Shown here: positions 30,749 to 41,327 of the stretch, one piece after another | Layout of the letters: each line of letters starts with the position of its first letter | Position numbering within the stretch: the stretch's first letter is position 1 | Assembly: GCA_963773585.1 (NCBI GenBank) | Contig: CAVZBR010000004.1 | Location: forward strand, 429,941-493,940 | DNA length: 64,000 bases | Reading direction: 5' to 3' | Origin: an uncultured Gammaproteobacteria bacterium | GTDB lineage: Bacteria > Pseudomonadota > Gammaproteobacteria > JASBUN01 | The notes under the pieces: model-generated | Told to the model about the DNA's origin: nothing | What the model saw: the letters and a program-made list of their open reading frames with translations, nothing else | Databases searched by the model: none | Made by a program: the position numbers and the translations under genes

Positions 30749-30955
30749 TGACACCTGCAAGTATTCAGCGAAGGTATGCGGCCGCGGGATCTCGTAGCCT
30801 TCCTGCTTCAATCCCTCGATGTGGAAATCGATGGCTTCCTTCATCGCCTTTTCGACTACCTCCTTAGTCGGCCCAGTGGCCACGCAGCCTTCGAGGTCCG
30901 GGGAGTATGCCGAATAACCCGAGTCCGTTTCCTCGATCACAATCCGGTATCTCAT
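30743..30955 (-). CDS. hicB: HicB-family antitoxin
   Basis: YSAYSPDLEGCVATGPT..EAIDFHIEGL. Confidence 0.88.
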   Translation of the reverse strand: MRYRIVIEETDSGYSAYSPDLEGCVATGPTKEVVEKAMKEAIDFHIEGLKQEGYEIPRPHTFAEYLQVSA

Positions 30956-31139
30956 TTCTTCAGCTCCGCTTGCTTCAGAATGCTATTCAGTGTCCTGCGG
31001 CGAGATCGTCGCCGGGCTTCCCAGCAACTGTAACTAGGCCACGCTTCGTCGGGTGTTTGTACTGCCGGTGGCTCCCCTTCATCCGCGCTAGGCGCCACCC
31101 GTCCTCTTCGATAGATGCGATCACGTCCCTGACCTTCAT
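30952..31139 (-). pseudogene. hicA: HicA-family toxin with a -1 frameshift near 30993
   Basis: MKVRDVI..DGW..KGSHRQYKHPTKRGLVTVAG; tail TLNSILKQAELK in another frame. Confidence 0.85.
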
Positions 31140-31201
31140 GTGCCTCCCTTCTGTGGCTTCCTTCCCAACGATGGCACTCAGCCACGCGGCGTCGCCGGGT
31201 C

Positions 31202-31560
31202 TGGCCTTGCTCCGAAAAACATGGACACTTTCATCACGCGGCCTTGGAATCGGATTCGACAGGTGACATGTATCCCAGACTCGAGTGTATACGTCCGTGG
31301 TCATAGTAGCGGCCAATGCAACCACTGTCCCCGAACGCGTATACAGGTCGTATCACCAACCCATAATTCATCGAATCCTTCCGGCGATTGTCTCGACAGG
31401 CGTACTGCATTTAGCTTGAAGTCTATGTCATGTTGCGCGTGTTTTCTTTCCTGAATACTTCAGCTCTCCCAGCTTTGGCGACATCTTCGTTGACAGTGAT
31501 AGCTGCGTTGAGTTGCTTCAAGCCCGTAGAGTTTGTCTTCGCCGGAGAGCCGCGGATCCA
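31202..31560 (-). mobile_element. Internally deleted IS3-family relic
   Basis: Minus-strand pieces in order: FKLNAVRLSRQ (OrfA start), ELWVGDTTCIRVRGQWL (rve start), LGYMSPVE..KAA-stop (OrfB end), then an IR-like GTGTCC...GGAGCAAGGCCA; the 31560 boundary is uncertain. Confidence 0.65.
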
Positions 31561-31766
31561 AACCCTGCGGCGGCGTCGGACCGCTACGCGGTCAAGGTGG
31601 ACGTCTTAGGTGTCGCTTTCCGTTCGAAGCCGCCGCGGCAGGCGCAGAACACCTGCAAAGATGGCCCCTCGTGCAGCCGCTATATTATGGAAACGAAGCG
31701 CCGCTGAACGCTATATGAGCGGTTAGCGCGGAAAGGTTGGCGGGCGCCTTTTTAATCGAGGCTGGA

Positions 31767-34553
31767 ATGGGCAGAGCTTGGCCGACCCGCGTCTATCTAC
31801 TGTTGCTGGTGGCTGCGGTCATGTTGCCGCTTGCCGCGCTGCATGGCTACGTGGTTTATACACACATCGCCAGCGACGCCAGCAAGGCCCGCGAAACGGT
31901 GCTGCGCTTCGCGAAGCTGGCTGCATCCGACACTCGGCATTTTCTTTTCGACACCGAGATGACGCTCAAGTGTGTCGCCGAACGCGATGAATTTCAGTCG
32001 CTCACGCCTGCTGGCTGTCACCCGCTGCTCAAGTCGTTCGCCGACGCCAACTCGGATTTCACTGCGGCCCGTCTCGTGTCCAGTGACGGTCGGGTCATCT
32101 GCGCCGCCGACGGTTCACCCCTCTCGGCAGGAGCAGCACGCTCTTGGCCCGGCGCGTTGCCTGCCGAACTGTTTCGACAGAAGGGGCTGTCCATCAGCGA
32201 CCTGTTTATCAATCCCGCCAATGAACATTGGTCGATCGCGCTGTTGTATCCAGTGCCGAACCGAGCCGACGGCGAAGCTGCGGCTGTCGCCATGCCGGTT
32301 GACCTGCTGGATCACAACTCGGTTCACTACAGGACGGGGCTAGCCGGCGGGACGCTGCCGCCCGGCAGCACAGTCACCATTGTCACCGAGAAAGGGCAGA
32401 TTCTCGCCCGCTGGCCGGATGCCGATGTCTGGGTGGGGCGCGACGCCAAAACGGTACCGATCGTTCGGCATGTGCTTTCGAATCCACAGGGCTACACGGA
32501 GTCCGTCGGTTTGGACGGCACACGAAAGGTCTACGGATTCACCTCGATCGCGCAGAGTACCTGGCATCTCTATATTGGCGTGCCGTCGGCGTACGTCGCC
32601 GAACCCGCGCAACGGTTTCTGCTGACCAACGTCTTCCTCATCGCGAGTGCTGTATTACTGATTGCGTTGATGACAATGTTCTTCAACCGCCGCTTGCTCA
32701 GGCCGATGCAACGCCTGGCCGACGCCTCCCGCGATGCCGCAGGTGGTGACCTAAGCGCCCGCGTTGCGGTGGAGGGTCCGGCGGAAATACAGTCCGTGAC
32801 CCGGCAGTTCAACGCGCTGCTTGAAGCTCGCGCCGCCGCCGAAGAAACATTGTACCGGCAGAAGGAACAAGCGGAAATCACGCTGCACTCCATAGGCGAT
32901 GCCGTTCTCACCACCGACGCCCAGTTCAATGTGACCTATCTGAACCCGGTGGCGGAGCAGCTCACCGGCGTGCCGTCCGTGGAAGCGATCGGACACAATC
33001 TATTCCAGGTCGCGAATCTCGTGAACGCAGTCACCCGCGAGACGGTAAACAAGAGCATTGAAGCGACGCTTGAGGACGGTTACGTGGTCAGCGTCGCGGA
33101 GAATACCGTTCTGATCAGTCGTACCGGCAAGGAACACCACGTTGCCGACAGCGCAGCGCCGCTGCGCGATCAAGCGGGAAACCTGATCGGAATGGTGATC
33201 GTGTTGCGCGATGTCACCAAGACCCGTGAGCTGGAGCAAACCCTGTCGTGGCAAGCCTGGCACGATCATCTGACAGGGCTGATCAACCGATTCGAATTTG
33301 AACGACGTGTCGAGCAGGCGCTCGCGAGCGCGCGCGCTGAGAGCCGCCACCATGTTTTGCTTTACCTCGATCTGGACCAGTTTAAGATCGTCAACGATAC
33401 ATGCGGCCACGCCGCGGGCGACGAATTGCTGCGGCGCTTGGTTGACGTGCTTCAGCCTCAGATTCGAACCGACGATCCTGTCGCGCGCCTGGGCGGCGAT
33501 GAGTTCGGGCTGCTCCTAACGGATTGTCCGATAGACCAAGCCCTGCGTATTGCGGACCAGTTGCGCGAAAACGTACAGGACTTTCGGTTTGCGTGGCGAG
33601 GACGCAGCTTCACGATCGGTGTAAGTATCGGCGCGCTGCCGATTACCGAAGCAAGCGGCACCGTCGCCCAGGTGATGCACGCTGCCGACGTGGCGTGCTA
33701 CGCCGCAAAGGAAAAAGGCCGCAACCGCGTGCATCTGTTGACGCCCGGAGATCACGAAGTGTCCGAACGGCTGGGCGAGATGCAGTGGATCGATCGGATC
33801 TCCACGGCTTTCGAGGAAGAACGGTTCCGCCTCTACGCACAGCCCATCGTCCCGGTTTCCGACGAGACCGGCGACGCGTGGTCCTATGAAATCCTGATCC
33901 GCATGCTCGACGAAAACGGGCAAGTGCTTACACCGGGGTCGTTCTTGCCAGCGGCAGAACGCTACAACCTAATGCCGACGATCGATCGCTGGGTGATCCG
34001 TACACTGTTTTGCCGTCTCGGAGAGCATACGGAAAATGAGCTGCCCGGGATGTTCTGCATCAACGTCAGCGGGCACTCTCTGGCCGATGACCGCTTTCTG
34101 GACTTTATCATCGAACAGTTTCAGCAGCACCAGATAGCGCCGAAAATGATCTGCTTCGAGATCACAGAGAGCGCCGCCGTAGCAAACCTCACCCGCGCCG
34201 TTCATTTCATTACCGTGCTTCGCGCGATGGGGTGCCGCTTTGCGCTGGACGACTTTGGATCGGGGCTGTCGTCGTTTGCTTATCTGAAGACGTTTCCCGT
34301 GGATTTGCTGAAGATCGACGGGTCGTTCGTACGGCAAATGGGAGGCGATTCGTTTGATCACGCCATTGTGAAGGCAATAAATCAGCTGGGCCATGAAGCC
34401 GGGTTGAAAACCGTGGGTGAGTTCGTCGAAACCGCCGAGATATTGGCCAAGCTGAAGACGCTTGCAGTGGACTACGCGCAGGGCTTTGGCATTCATAAGC
34501 CGGCGCCGCTCGAGCGCTGGCTCGACAATGGCGGCGACAGCGCTGACACTTGA
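31767..34553 (+). CDS. Cache-HAMP-PAS-GGDEF-EAL c-di-GMP enzyme
   Basis: Two TM helices, TLHSIGDAV, DLDQFKIVNDTCGH, RLGGDEF, YEILIRM, LDDFGSG, LKIDGSF. Confidence 0.92.
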   Translation: MGRAWPTRVYLLLLVAAVMLPLAALHGYVVYTHIASDASKARETVLRFAKLAASDTRHFLFDTEMTLKCVAERDEFQSLTPAGCHPLLKSFADANSDFTAARLVSSDGRVICAADGSPLSAGAARSWPGALPAELFRQKGLSISDLFINPANEHWSIALLYPVPNRADGEAAAVAMPVDLLDHNSVHYRTGLAGGTLPPGSTVTIVTEKGQILARWPDADVWVGRDAKTVPIVRHVLSNPQGYTESVGLDGTRKVYGFTSIAQSTWHLYIGVPSAYVAEPAQRFLLTNVFLIASAVLLIALMTMFFNRRLLRPMQRLADASRDAAGGDLSARVAVEGPAEIQSVTRQFNALLEARAAAEETLYRQKEQAEITLHSIGDAVLTTDAQFNVTYLNPVAEQLTGVPSVEAIGHNLFQVANLVNAVTRETVNKSIEATLEDGYVVSVAENTVLISRTGKEHHVADSAAPLRDQAGNLIGMVIVLRDVTKTRELEQTLSWQAWHDHLTGLINRFEFERRVEQALASARAESRHHVLLYLDLDQFKIVNDTCGHAAGDELLRRLVDVLQPQIRTDDPVARLGGDEFGLLLTDCPIDQALRIADQLRENVQDFRFAWRGRSFTIGVSIGALPITEASGTVAQVMHAADVACYAAKEKGRNRVHLLTPGDHEVSERLGEMQWIDRISTAFEEERFRLYAQPIVPVSDETGDAWSYEILIRMLDENGQVLTPGSFLPAAERYNLMPTIDRWVIRTLFCRLGEHTENELPGMFCINVSGHSLADDRFLDFIIEQFQQHQIAPKMICFEITESAAVANLTRAVHFITVLRAMGCRFALDDFGSGLSSFAYLKTFPVDLLKIDGSFVRQMGGDSFDHAIVKAINQLGHEAGLKTVGEFVETAEILAKLKTLAVDYAQGFGIHKPAPLERWLDNGGDSADT

Positions 34554-34590
34554 TTGATCTTGGGCGGTCGTTGTCGGCCGAAGAGCCAGA

Positions 34591-35580
34591 TCAGCCAGAT
34601 CGATCACTTGCGCTGCGTGTCCGCCACACGCCCGGCGCGATTCCGGTGCAGCGTTTGAATGTGCGACTGAATGCCGCCTCTGATTGGTAGCCTACTTCCG
34701 ACGCGACCTTTGCGACGGTCGTGCCGCCATTGACCAACATGCCTGCTGCGATCTGCATGCGCCAGTTGCTCAAATACGTCATCGGCGCAACCCCAAGATG
34801 ATCGGCGAACCGGCTCACCAGAACCGAACGGGATGCACCGACTTCCCTCGCCAGCAGGTCGAGCGTCCACGCTCGTTGCGGATGGTCGTGCAACAACTGT
34901 ATTGCCCGTCCCACATGGCGATCGGCCAGCGCCGCCAACCAGCCGGTCGCGTCCCTCGGTAAGGTCTCCATGTAGCTACGCACCACCTCGACAAACAGCA
35001 GCTCGCTCAGCTTTCCCAGGACGCTGGGCGCCCCAACGCGTTGTTTGCGGCTCTCCTTCATGATCGCTTTGATCAGGCTGCTCAACCAACCATCCCCAGC
35101 CGTGTAACCGTCGGGTATGTGAATCATGCGCGGCAGGGCTGCGATCACGGGGTTGAACGGTCGCACGTCGCAGCCGAGAAACCCGCAGATCAACCGCGTT
35201 TCGTCCGGACCGCCGCCGAATTGCTCAATGTAAAAGGGCGGAGACCGGTCCGCTGGCTGGTCAAAGATTCCCAGGTTGGGCTGGGCCCGCATTTGCGGTT
35301 CGCTGGAGAGCACATGCCGGTCGCCCTGCGGGAACATGATCACGCTCCCTGGGGAAAGACGCACGGGATCTTCGTCCGAGTCGATCAGCGTGGCCCAGCC
35401 AGCGCCGCTCGTGACCACGTGATACTCGACCACGTGCTGGGCGCCGGGCATCACCCGAGGTGCCAACGATGCAGCCTTCGGTGCTTCGGCAACCCAGGGC
35501 GAAGAGGCGGTCACATTGAAGAAGATCGCGCCCGACAATCGAACTGACCGCAGTACGTCAGAAAGAATGTCCTGGCTCAT
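34591..35580 (-). CDS. AraC-family regulator with N-terminal cupin
   Basis: DILSDVL, LICGFLGCD, VGYQSEAAFSRTFKR. Confidence 0.9.
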   Translation of the reverse strand: MSQDILSDVLRSVRLSGAIFFNVTASSPWVAEAPKAASLAPRVMPGAQHVVEYHVVTSGAGWATLIDSDEDPVRLSPGSVIMFPQGDRHVLSSEPQMRAQPNLGIFDQPADRSPPFYIEQFGGGPDETRLICGFLGCDVRPFNPVIAALPRMIHIPDGYTAGDGWLSSLIKAIMKESRKQRVGAPSVLGKLSELLFVEVVRSYMETLPRDATGWLAALADRHVGRAIQLLHDHPQRAWTLDLLAREVGASRSVLVSRFADHLGVAPMTYLSNWRMQIAAGMLVNGGTTVAKVASEVGYQSEAAFSRTFKRCTGIAPGVWRTRSASDRSG

Positions 35581-35855
35581 AGGTCACTCCCGCACCCCTG
35601 CCGCTGCATCGGCCGCCGGATCGGTGGCTTCAACTTTAGGCCGATCGAGCAAAAAACACGGCAGCGCAGTCATATGCCGAGCCTGCGCCCGGCCTAATCT
35701 CAGTATCGCAGAGTATGGCACGCTCCCGAGGCTGGCGCCGGAGGGGGCTCGCCGGCCTTCTGTAAACATGCGCCTCGGCGACATGCCGGGAGCGCACGAG
35801 CTGAGCGCCGAGCCCGACATCGCGGGCGCGGCCAACACAATGGAGGCGACGCAGC

Positions 35856-36935
35856 ATGAATACTGCAACACAAAACCTTGAACCGGACCCGGATCGACTC
35901 GAAGCTTTCGCCGGAAAAGTGATGGGCGACATCGGCGGCTCGTTTGCAGTGCTGCTTTCGTTCATGGGCGATCAGGCCGGTGTCTACCGCGCGTTACGCG
36001 ATATCGGGCCCTGCAGCACAACCGAGCTGGCGAGACTGAGCCAGGTGGATGAGCGCTACTTGCGTGAATGGCTGAGTGCGCAGGCGGCAGCAGGCTATGT
36101 CTGCTATCACGAGGAAGACGATACATTCTCGCTTGGTCCGGAACAGGCGCTCGTGCTGGCGCAGGAAGGCCATCCAGCGTGCCTGCAGGGGCTGTTTCAG
36201 CTTCTGGTTTCGCAGTTCACCGCCCATGACAGGGCGGTCGATACGTTTCGTACCGGTGCGGGCAGGCCCTGGGGCGAGCATCACGGGTGCTGCTTTTGCG
36301 GTACCGATCGGTTCTTCCGGCCCGGGTATGCCGCAAATCTATTGGAGTCATGGCTCCCGGCGCTTGACGGAGTCACTGCGAGGCTCACGCAGGGCGCGAA
36401 GGTGGCCGACGTCGGATGCGGGTACGGATCGTCTACGGTGCTGATGGCGCAGGCATTTCCGAACTCGACTTTCGTGGGCTACGACTTTCACGAACCATCG
36501 ATCAAAGCTGCCGAGGACAAGGCCCGCGGAGCCGGCGCTGACTTCAACACGCGCTTCGTAACCTCGAGCGCGAAGGAAATCGACGAAGGAGAGTTCGATT
36601 TGATCTGCATGTTCGATGCCCTGCACGACATGGGCGATCCCGTCGGCGCAGCCCGGCACCTGCGATCCCGCCTGACTCCGAATGGGACCCTGATGTTGGT
36701 CGAGCCGCTGGCCGGGGACGATTTGACGGACAACCTCCACTTGCTGGGGCAGATCTTCTATTCGGCGTCGACGCTCATTTGTACGCCGGCGTCGCGAGCG
36801 CAGGAAGTGGGGCTGGCTCTGGGGGCGCAGGCTGGCGAGAAGAGAATTTCCGCTGTGTTGCAGGAGGCCGGGTTCACGCGAACCCGTCGCGCGACCGAGA
36901 CCGACACCAACATGGTGCTTGAGGCGCGACCGTAG
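35856..36935 (+). CDS. SAM-dependent methyltransferase with N-terminal winged helix (Rv2258c-like)
   Basis: ERYLREWL, VADVGCGYG, FDALHDMGDP; GGAGG RBS; divergent from araC. Confidence 0.88.
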   Translation: MNTATQNLEPDPDRLEAFAGKVMGDIGGSFAVLLSFMGDQAGVYRALRDIGPCSTTELARLSQVDERYLREWLSAQAAAGYVCYHEEDDTFSLGPEQALVLAQEGHPACLQGLFQLLVSQFTAHDRAVDTFRTGAGRPWGEHHGCCFCGTDRFFRPGYAANLLESWLPALDGVTARLTQGAKVADVGCGYGSSTVLMAQAFPNSTFVGYDFHEPSIKAAEDKARGAGADFNTRFVTSSAKEIDEGEFDLICMFDALHDMGDPVGAARHLRSRLTPNGTLMLVEPLAGDDLTDNLHLLGQIFYSASTLICTPASRAQEVGLALGAQAGEKRISAVLQEAGFTRTRRATETDTNMVLEARP

Positions 36936-37952
36936 CATCGGTCTTGGAGGTTCGCGGGAACCGATTCAGGACAGTCATTGAAAAGCGAGAGCGTCCGCGC
37001 TCGGTTGGCTGAGCCGAGGGATCTGGTTACCGGAAAGTGCCTGTCTTCGCTGGACAAGGCCGGCGGCGTGTGCCGCAGCCGGTTGCCAACCTTACTGCTC
37101 GATGGTTTGGACGGGCGACGCGATCAAGCACCTGTGGCGCGCGGTGGCATTGGCGGGTCGAATGGTTGTTCGCGCCAGTAACGGGCACGAGACGGTCCGG
37201 TTTTGCGAATGGAGCGACCAGAACTGTTCCGGCGGCAGGCACCAGACCGTGCCCTGGAGCAGTTGAAGATCGGCGCCGCGGAATGGCCAGAAGGCGGCAT
37301 ACCAGGCGATGCTTTCCCAGCCGTCTCGCCGGATAGGCACGGATATGCCACACCACGATCACCTTCAAAAAAAGCCGCTGCCGATCAGGCGGTTCCAGCA
37401 GGCCCGGGCCCGGTCACTAGCCAGATGGCCACCAGCCCGCGCGCTTGAAGTGCCTCAAGAAATTCTACCGGTTGTTCCGAGTGTCACATCTCTTCACGAG
37501 CAACTGAAAGATTTCACGAATTCAATTTGGCGCGCGATGGGTCTACCTTTAGGTCCGGCACAAAAAACGGGGGAGATCGAGGCAGTGCCCTGGCGCCACA
37601 AAAAAGGTCAATCGGCATCTATCCCGCCTGCCCTTGCCCCTGACCCTGTGCGCTGCGGCGGCTCCCACGGCAACTGGCTGGACGCCCCGAACGCATCGAC
37701 CTCGCGAGATAGAGGACCGGGCGAAGGGCGTTTCCCCAGCGGCTCGACGGCGAAAGACACCAGTTGCGAAATTCTGTTCCCCGACATCGAAGACATGGTT
37801 GAGGTAACCGACCCGCAAAAATTCATCTTCCAGGCCGCCGTCGATCCCCGCTCGGTGGCCGACATGGGATCTTGCGGAGAACTGCGCTGCAACGGCACTC
37901 GAACCCCGGGTTTATGCCAGTGACGTAACACTCGCGAGAGAAGGAGGCATCC

Positions 37953-39239
37953 ATGAAGCCGCAAAGGGCTATTACTGTACTTGTCCTGTTGATTCTCAGC
38001 ACACCGCTCTACGCAGGCATAACGAATCCGGGTTGCGGCAAGATGGAAGAATGGGCCGCGAGCTACAATACCACCGATATCTGGCAGCTTACTCCCTATG
38101 TCCGTTTCCCAATGGTTGCACGGGATGAGGAAGTAGCGCCCTTGTTTGGAAAGTCAGTAACCGCGTGGTCGACTGAGGATTTTGCGAACTTCCGCCAGTG
38201 GATGCACGCCTGCCAGCAGGCAGCGGCGCGACAAGGGAAACATCAAACCGTAACAGCGCTTAGTAATTCCGGTCGCGCCATATCGAACGTTTCACGCTAT
38301 GTAGAGCGCATCCAGCGTTCGCGCACGAGTCTGGACGCGGCAATCGGGGAATTGGAGAAACTGCCGGATACCGCGGACAAGAAGAACGTCGTCAATCTGT
38401 CAGAGCGGGCCGTGCGCGGCAGGTTCGATCGCAGGAAGTTGAGCGAACTGCCCACTCAGATGCAGACGAATATAAATGCCATCGTGAATGCTAAGAAATA
38501 TCTTCCCAAGGAAGAACTCGACCGTTATTCGAAAACACTGGCTGCCATGTACCATGCCGCAGAAGCAATCGGCAGCGAGGAAAGAATTGCGGCTATATCG
38601 GAGAAAGCCAAGACTGCAGAACATCAGACGATCCAGCTGGACCCTCCGACTCTGGCGAAAGGCCCCAATATCCTGTCAACCCAGTTTGAAGATGTCGCGA
38701 TCGGCATGAACATGAAAGCGGCCATCAAAACCCTGGAGAGCAAGGGATACAAGGTGGAACGCCATGCAATCACAATACAAAGATTGACCATGGCGAAGGA
38801 GTACCCCGTTGATATGGCCAGCCTGAAAAAAGGATCGGTGACGCCATTTCCCGGTGGCAAGATGACGAAAGCCCAGGCCCGGGAATATCAAACGCTGCTG
38901 GCGATAGACGACATCAAGACCAAGAGCGCCAGCTTAGCTGCGTTCGAGGGTCGCGTAGCCAATATCAGTATGCATGGAGCAAGCTTTGAACAGGTCGATG
39001 ATTACAAGCGTCACGTCGTCGAGATGCTCGGTAAGCCGAACAATGAATCCGGCGCTCCGCAGGCATACTGGAGTATGACGTATTACATGGATCCGAAAGA
39101 GACGAAATCCACCGATGCACACGTGCGCATCAAGCTTTCCACACGGAATTTATCCAACCTGACGACAGGAAAGAGCGTCCCCTACACTTTTATCCAATTC
39201 ATTGCGGCAAAGTGCCAACCCTATCCAACGTGCAAATAA
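37953..39239 (+). CDS. Secreted hypothetical protein
   Basis: AGGAGG RBS, signal peptide ending PLYA, 428-aa ORF with lower GC than its neighbours. Confidence 0.75.
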   Translation: MKPQRAITVLVLLILSTPLYAGITNPGCGKMEEWAASYNTTDIWQLTPYVRFPMVARDEEVAPLFGKSVTAWSTEDFANFRQWMHACQQAAARQGKHQTVTALSNSGRAISNVSRYVERIQRSRTSLDAAIGELEKLPDTADKKNVVNLSERAVRGRFDRRKLSELPTQMQTNINAIVNAKKYLPKEELDRYSKTLAAMYHAAEAIGSEERIAAISEKAKTAEHQTIQLDPPTLAKGPNILSTQFEDVAIGMNMKAAIKTLESKGYKVERHAITIQRLTMAKEYPVDMASLKKGSVTPFPGGKMTKAQAREYQTLLAIDDIKTKSASLAAFEGRVANISMHGASFEQVDDYKRHVVEMLGKPNNESGAPQAYWSMTYYMDPKETKSTDAHVRIKLSTRNLSNLTTGKSVPYTFIQFIAAKCQPYPTCK

Positions 39240-39831
39240 CCTAGAAACAAACCGAAGCTTGCTCGTTTTTTAAATTTACGCGCCTAAGCGACATTAACTG
39301 CCGAAAAAAGGGGCGGTGGGGCCAACAAATTCACTGCACAATATTCAATCCCGCTGCCCCCTTTGGATCGCGAGCAGCGATTGACGATCCGCCATCATTT
39401 GACCGCACGTTGCGATGCCGCGCAGATGGCCCAGAGAAATAAGGCGGTGCCGTCGCACCGCGCCGCGTCGGGTCTTGAAATACGCGCCTTGCTGAACACC
39501 GACGAGAATGTTGGATTGCAAGACCTGACCTCGAGCTCAGCCTCAGAAGTACAACCCGACCGCGGGCTCGTGCATTGTCGGTGTTGAAAAGCACCGCGGA
39601 TGGATGCCCGGTCCAAGCCCTTTCGAGGCGGCAAGCCTGGATTCTTTACTGGATCGATGTCACTATATCGGCCCTTTCTTATATTCCAGAATATCTCTCG
39701 CAACAGTGACTCACTTTAAGCATTCGATCACGCCGCCATAGCGCTCTCCCTGGCACTCGTATCACGTTGCTTTCGCTCTCTGTATACATCGGCCGCGCCG
39801 GGCGTGGTCGTTATGGCTGATAGGAAATTGT

Positions 39832-41310
39832 ATGGTTCACGCTATCCGTGCCCAGTGGTTCGCCAATGTCCGCGGCGATCTGCTCGCCGGTACCGTCGTC
39901 GCACTGGCCCTGATCCCTGAGGCGATTGCCTTCTCGGTGATTGCAGGAGTCGATCCCAAAGTGGGCCTGTACGCGTCATTCTGCATTGCCGTGGTCATTG
40001 CCTTTGTCGGCGGAAGGCCCGGCATGATCTCCGCCGCCACCGGCGCCATGGCGTTGCTGATGGTGACCCTGGTCAAGGAGCATGGCCTGCAATATCTGCT
40101 GGCCGCAACGCTGCTCACCGGCGTGCTGCAAATTCTGGCAGGGTATCTGAAGCTCGGTTCTCTGATGCGTTTCGTGTCGCGCTCGGTGGTCACCGGCTTC
40201 GTCAATGCGCTGGCCATCCTCATCTTCATGGCGCAGTTGCCGGAGCTGACCGGCGTGAGCTGGCAGGTCTACGCCATGACCGCGGGCGGTCTGGCGATCA
40301 TTTATCTCTTTCCCTACGCGACCAAATCCGTGCCTTCGCCACTGGTCACCATCGTCGTGTTGACGGCCATCGCGATGTACTTGCACCTGGACATCCGTAC
40401 GGTGGGCGACATGGGCGCACTACCCGATACCCTGCCCATATTTCTCTGGCCCGACACGCCCCTGAACTTCCAGACCTTGGCGATCATCTTTCCCTATGCG
40501 GCATCCATGGCGATCGTGGGCCTGCTGGAATCGCTGATGACGGCGACCATCGTCGACGACCTGACCGATTCACGCAGCGACAAGAACCGCGAGTGCAAAG
40601 GTCAGGGCGTGGCCAATATCGCCGCCGGACTGCTGGGCGGCATGGCGGGCTGCGCCATGATTGGCCAGACGGTGATCAACATTAAATCCGGCGGGCGTAC
40701 CCGGCTCTCTACACTCACGGCCGGTGTTTTCCTACTCATCCTGGTCGTCTTTCTCGGCAAATGGGTGGCACAGATCCCAATGGCAGCGCTGGTCGCGGTA
40801 ATGATCATGGTCTCCATCGGTACATTCAGCTGGGAATCCGTGCGCAATCTGAAAACGCACCCCAAGAGCACCAGCGTGGTCATGATCACGACCGTCGTTG
40901 TGGTGGTTGCGACCCACAATCTTGCCTGGGGCGTGTTCGTCGGTGTTTTGCTGGCAGCCATGTTCTTCGCCAACAAGGTTGCCCAGTATAAGTACGTCAG
41001 TTCTCAAATGAATGAGGAAGGCACCACGCGCACCTACAAGGTGGTAGGCCAGGTATTCTTCGCCTCGGCGGATAAGTTCGTGGAGTTTTTCGATTTCAAG
41101 GAAGCGCTGGACAAGGTCGTCATCGATCTGACCCAGGCGCACTTCTGGGACATCACTGCCGTGGCCGCGTTGGATAAAGTGGTCCTCAAATTTCGCCGCG
41201 AAGGCACCGAGGTTGAACTCATCGGCCTCAACGAGGCCAGCACCACCATCGTCGATAAATTTGCCGTGCACGATAAGCCGGACGCGGTGGAAAAACTGAT
41301 GGGTCACTGA
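39832..41310 (+). CDS. SulP-family anion transporter with STAS domain
   Basis: [43 protein letters not shown]. Confidence 0.92.
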   Translation: MVHAIRAQWFANVRGDLLAGTVVALALIPEAIAFSVIAGVDPKVGLYASFCIAVVIAFVGGRPGMISAATGAMALLMVTLVKEHGLQYLLAATLLTGVLQILAGYLKLGSLMRFVSRSVVTGFVNALAILIFMAQLPELTGVSWQVYAMTAGGLAIIYLFPYATKSVPSPLVTIVVLTAIAMYLHLDIRTVGDMGALPDTLPIFLWPDTPLNFQTLAIIFPYAASMAIVGLLESLMTATIVDDLTDSRSDKNRECKGQGVANIAAGLLGGMAGCAMIGQTVINIKSGGRTRLSTLTAGVFLLILVVFLGKWVAQIPMAALVAVMIMVSIGTFSWESVRNLKTHPKSTSVVMITTVVVVVATHNLAWGVFVGVLLAAMFFANKVAQYKYVSSQMNEEGTTRTYKVVGQVFFASADKFVEFFDFKEALDKVVIDLTQAHFWDITAVAALDKVVLKFRREGTEVELIGLNEASTTIVDKFAVHDKPDAVEKLMGH

Positions 41311-41327
41311 GCGCGAGGGGAGTCGCC

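Noticed and set aside
31560-31730. attC-like words GGACCGCTACGCG and GCGCCGCTGAACGC...GTTAGCG
   Set aside because: No coherent pairing or inverse core site; orientation differs from the nearby array.
36978-37930. Several 70-200-aa ORFs between the methyltransferase and the secreted protein
   Set aside because: No RBS, motif or composition support; probably decayed sequence.
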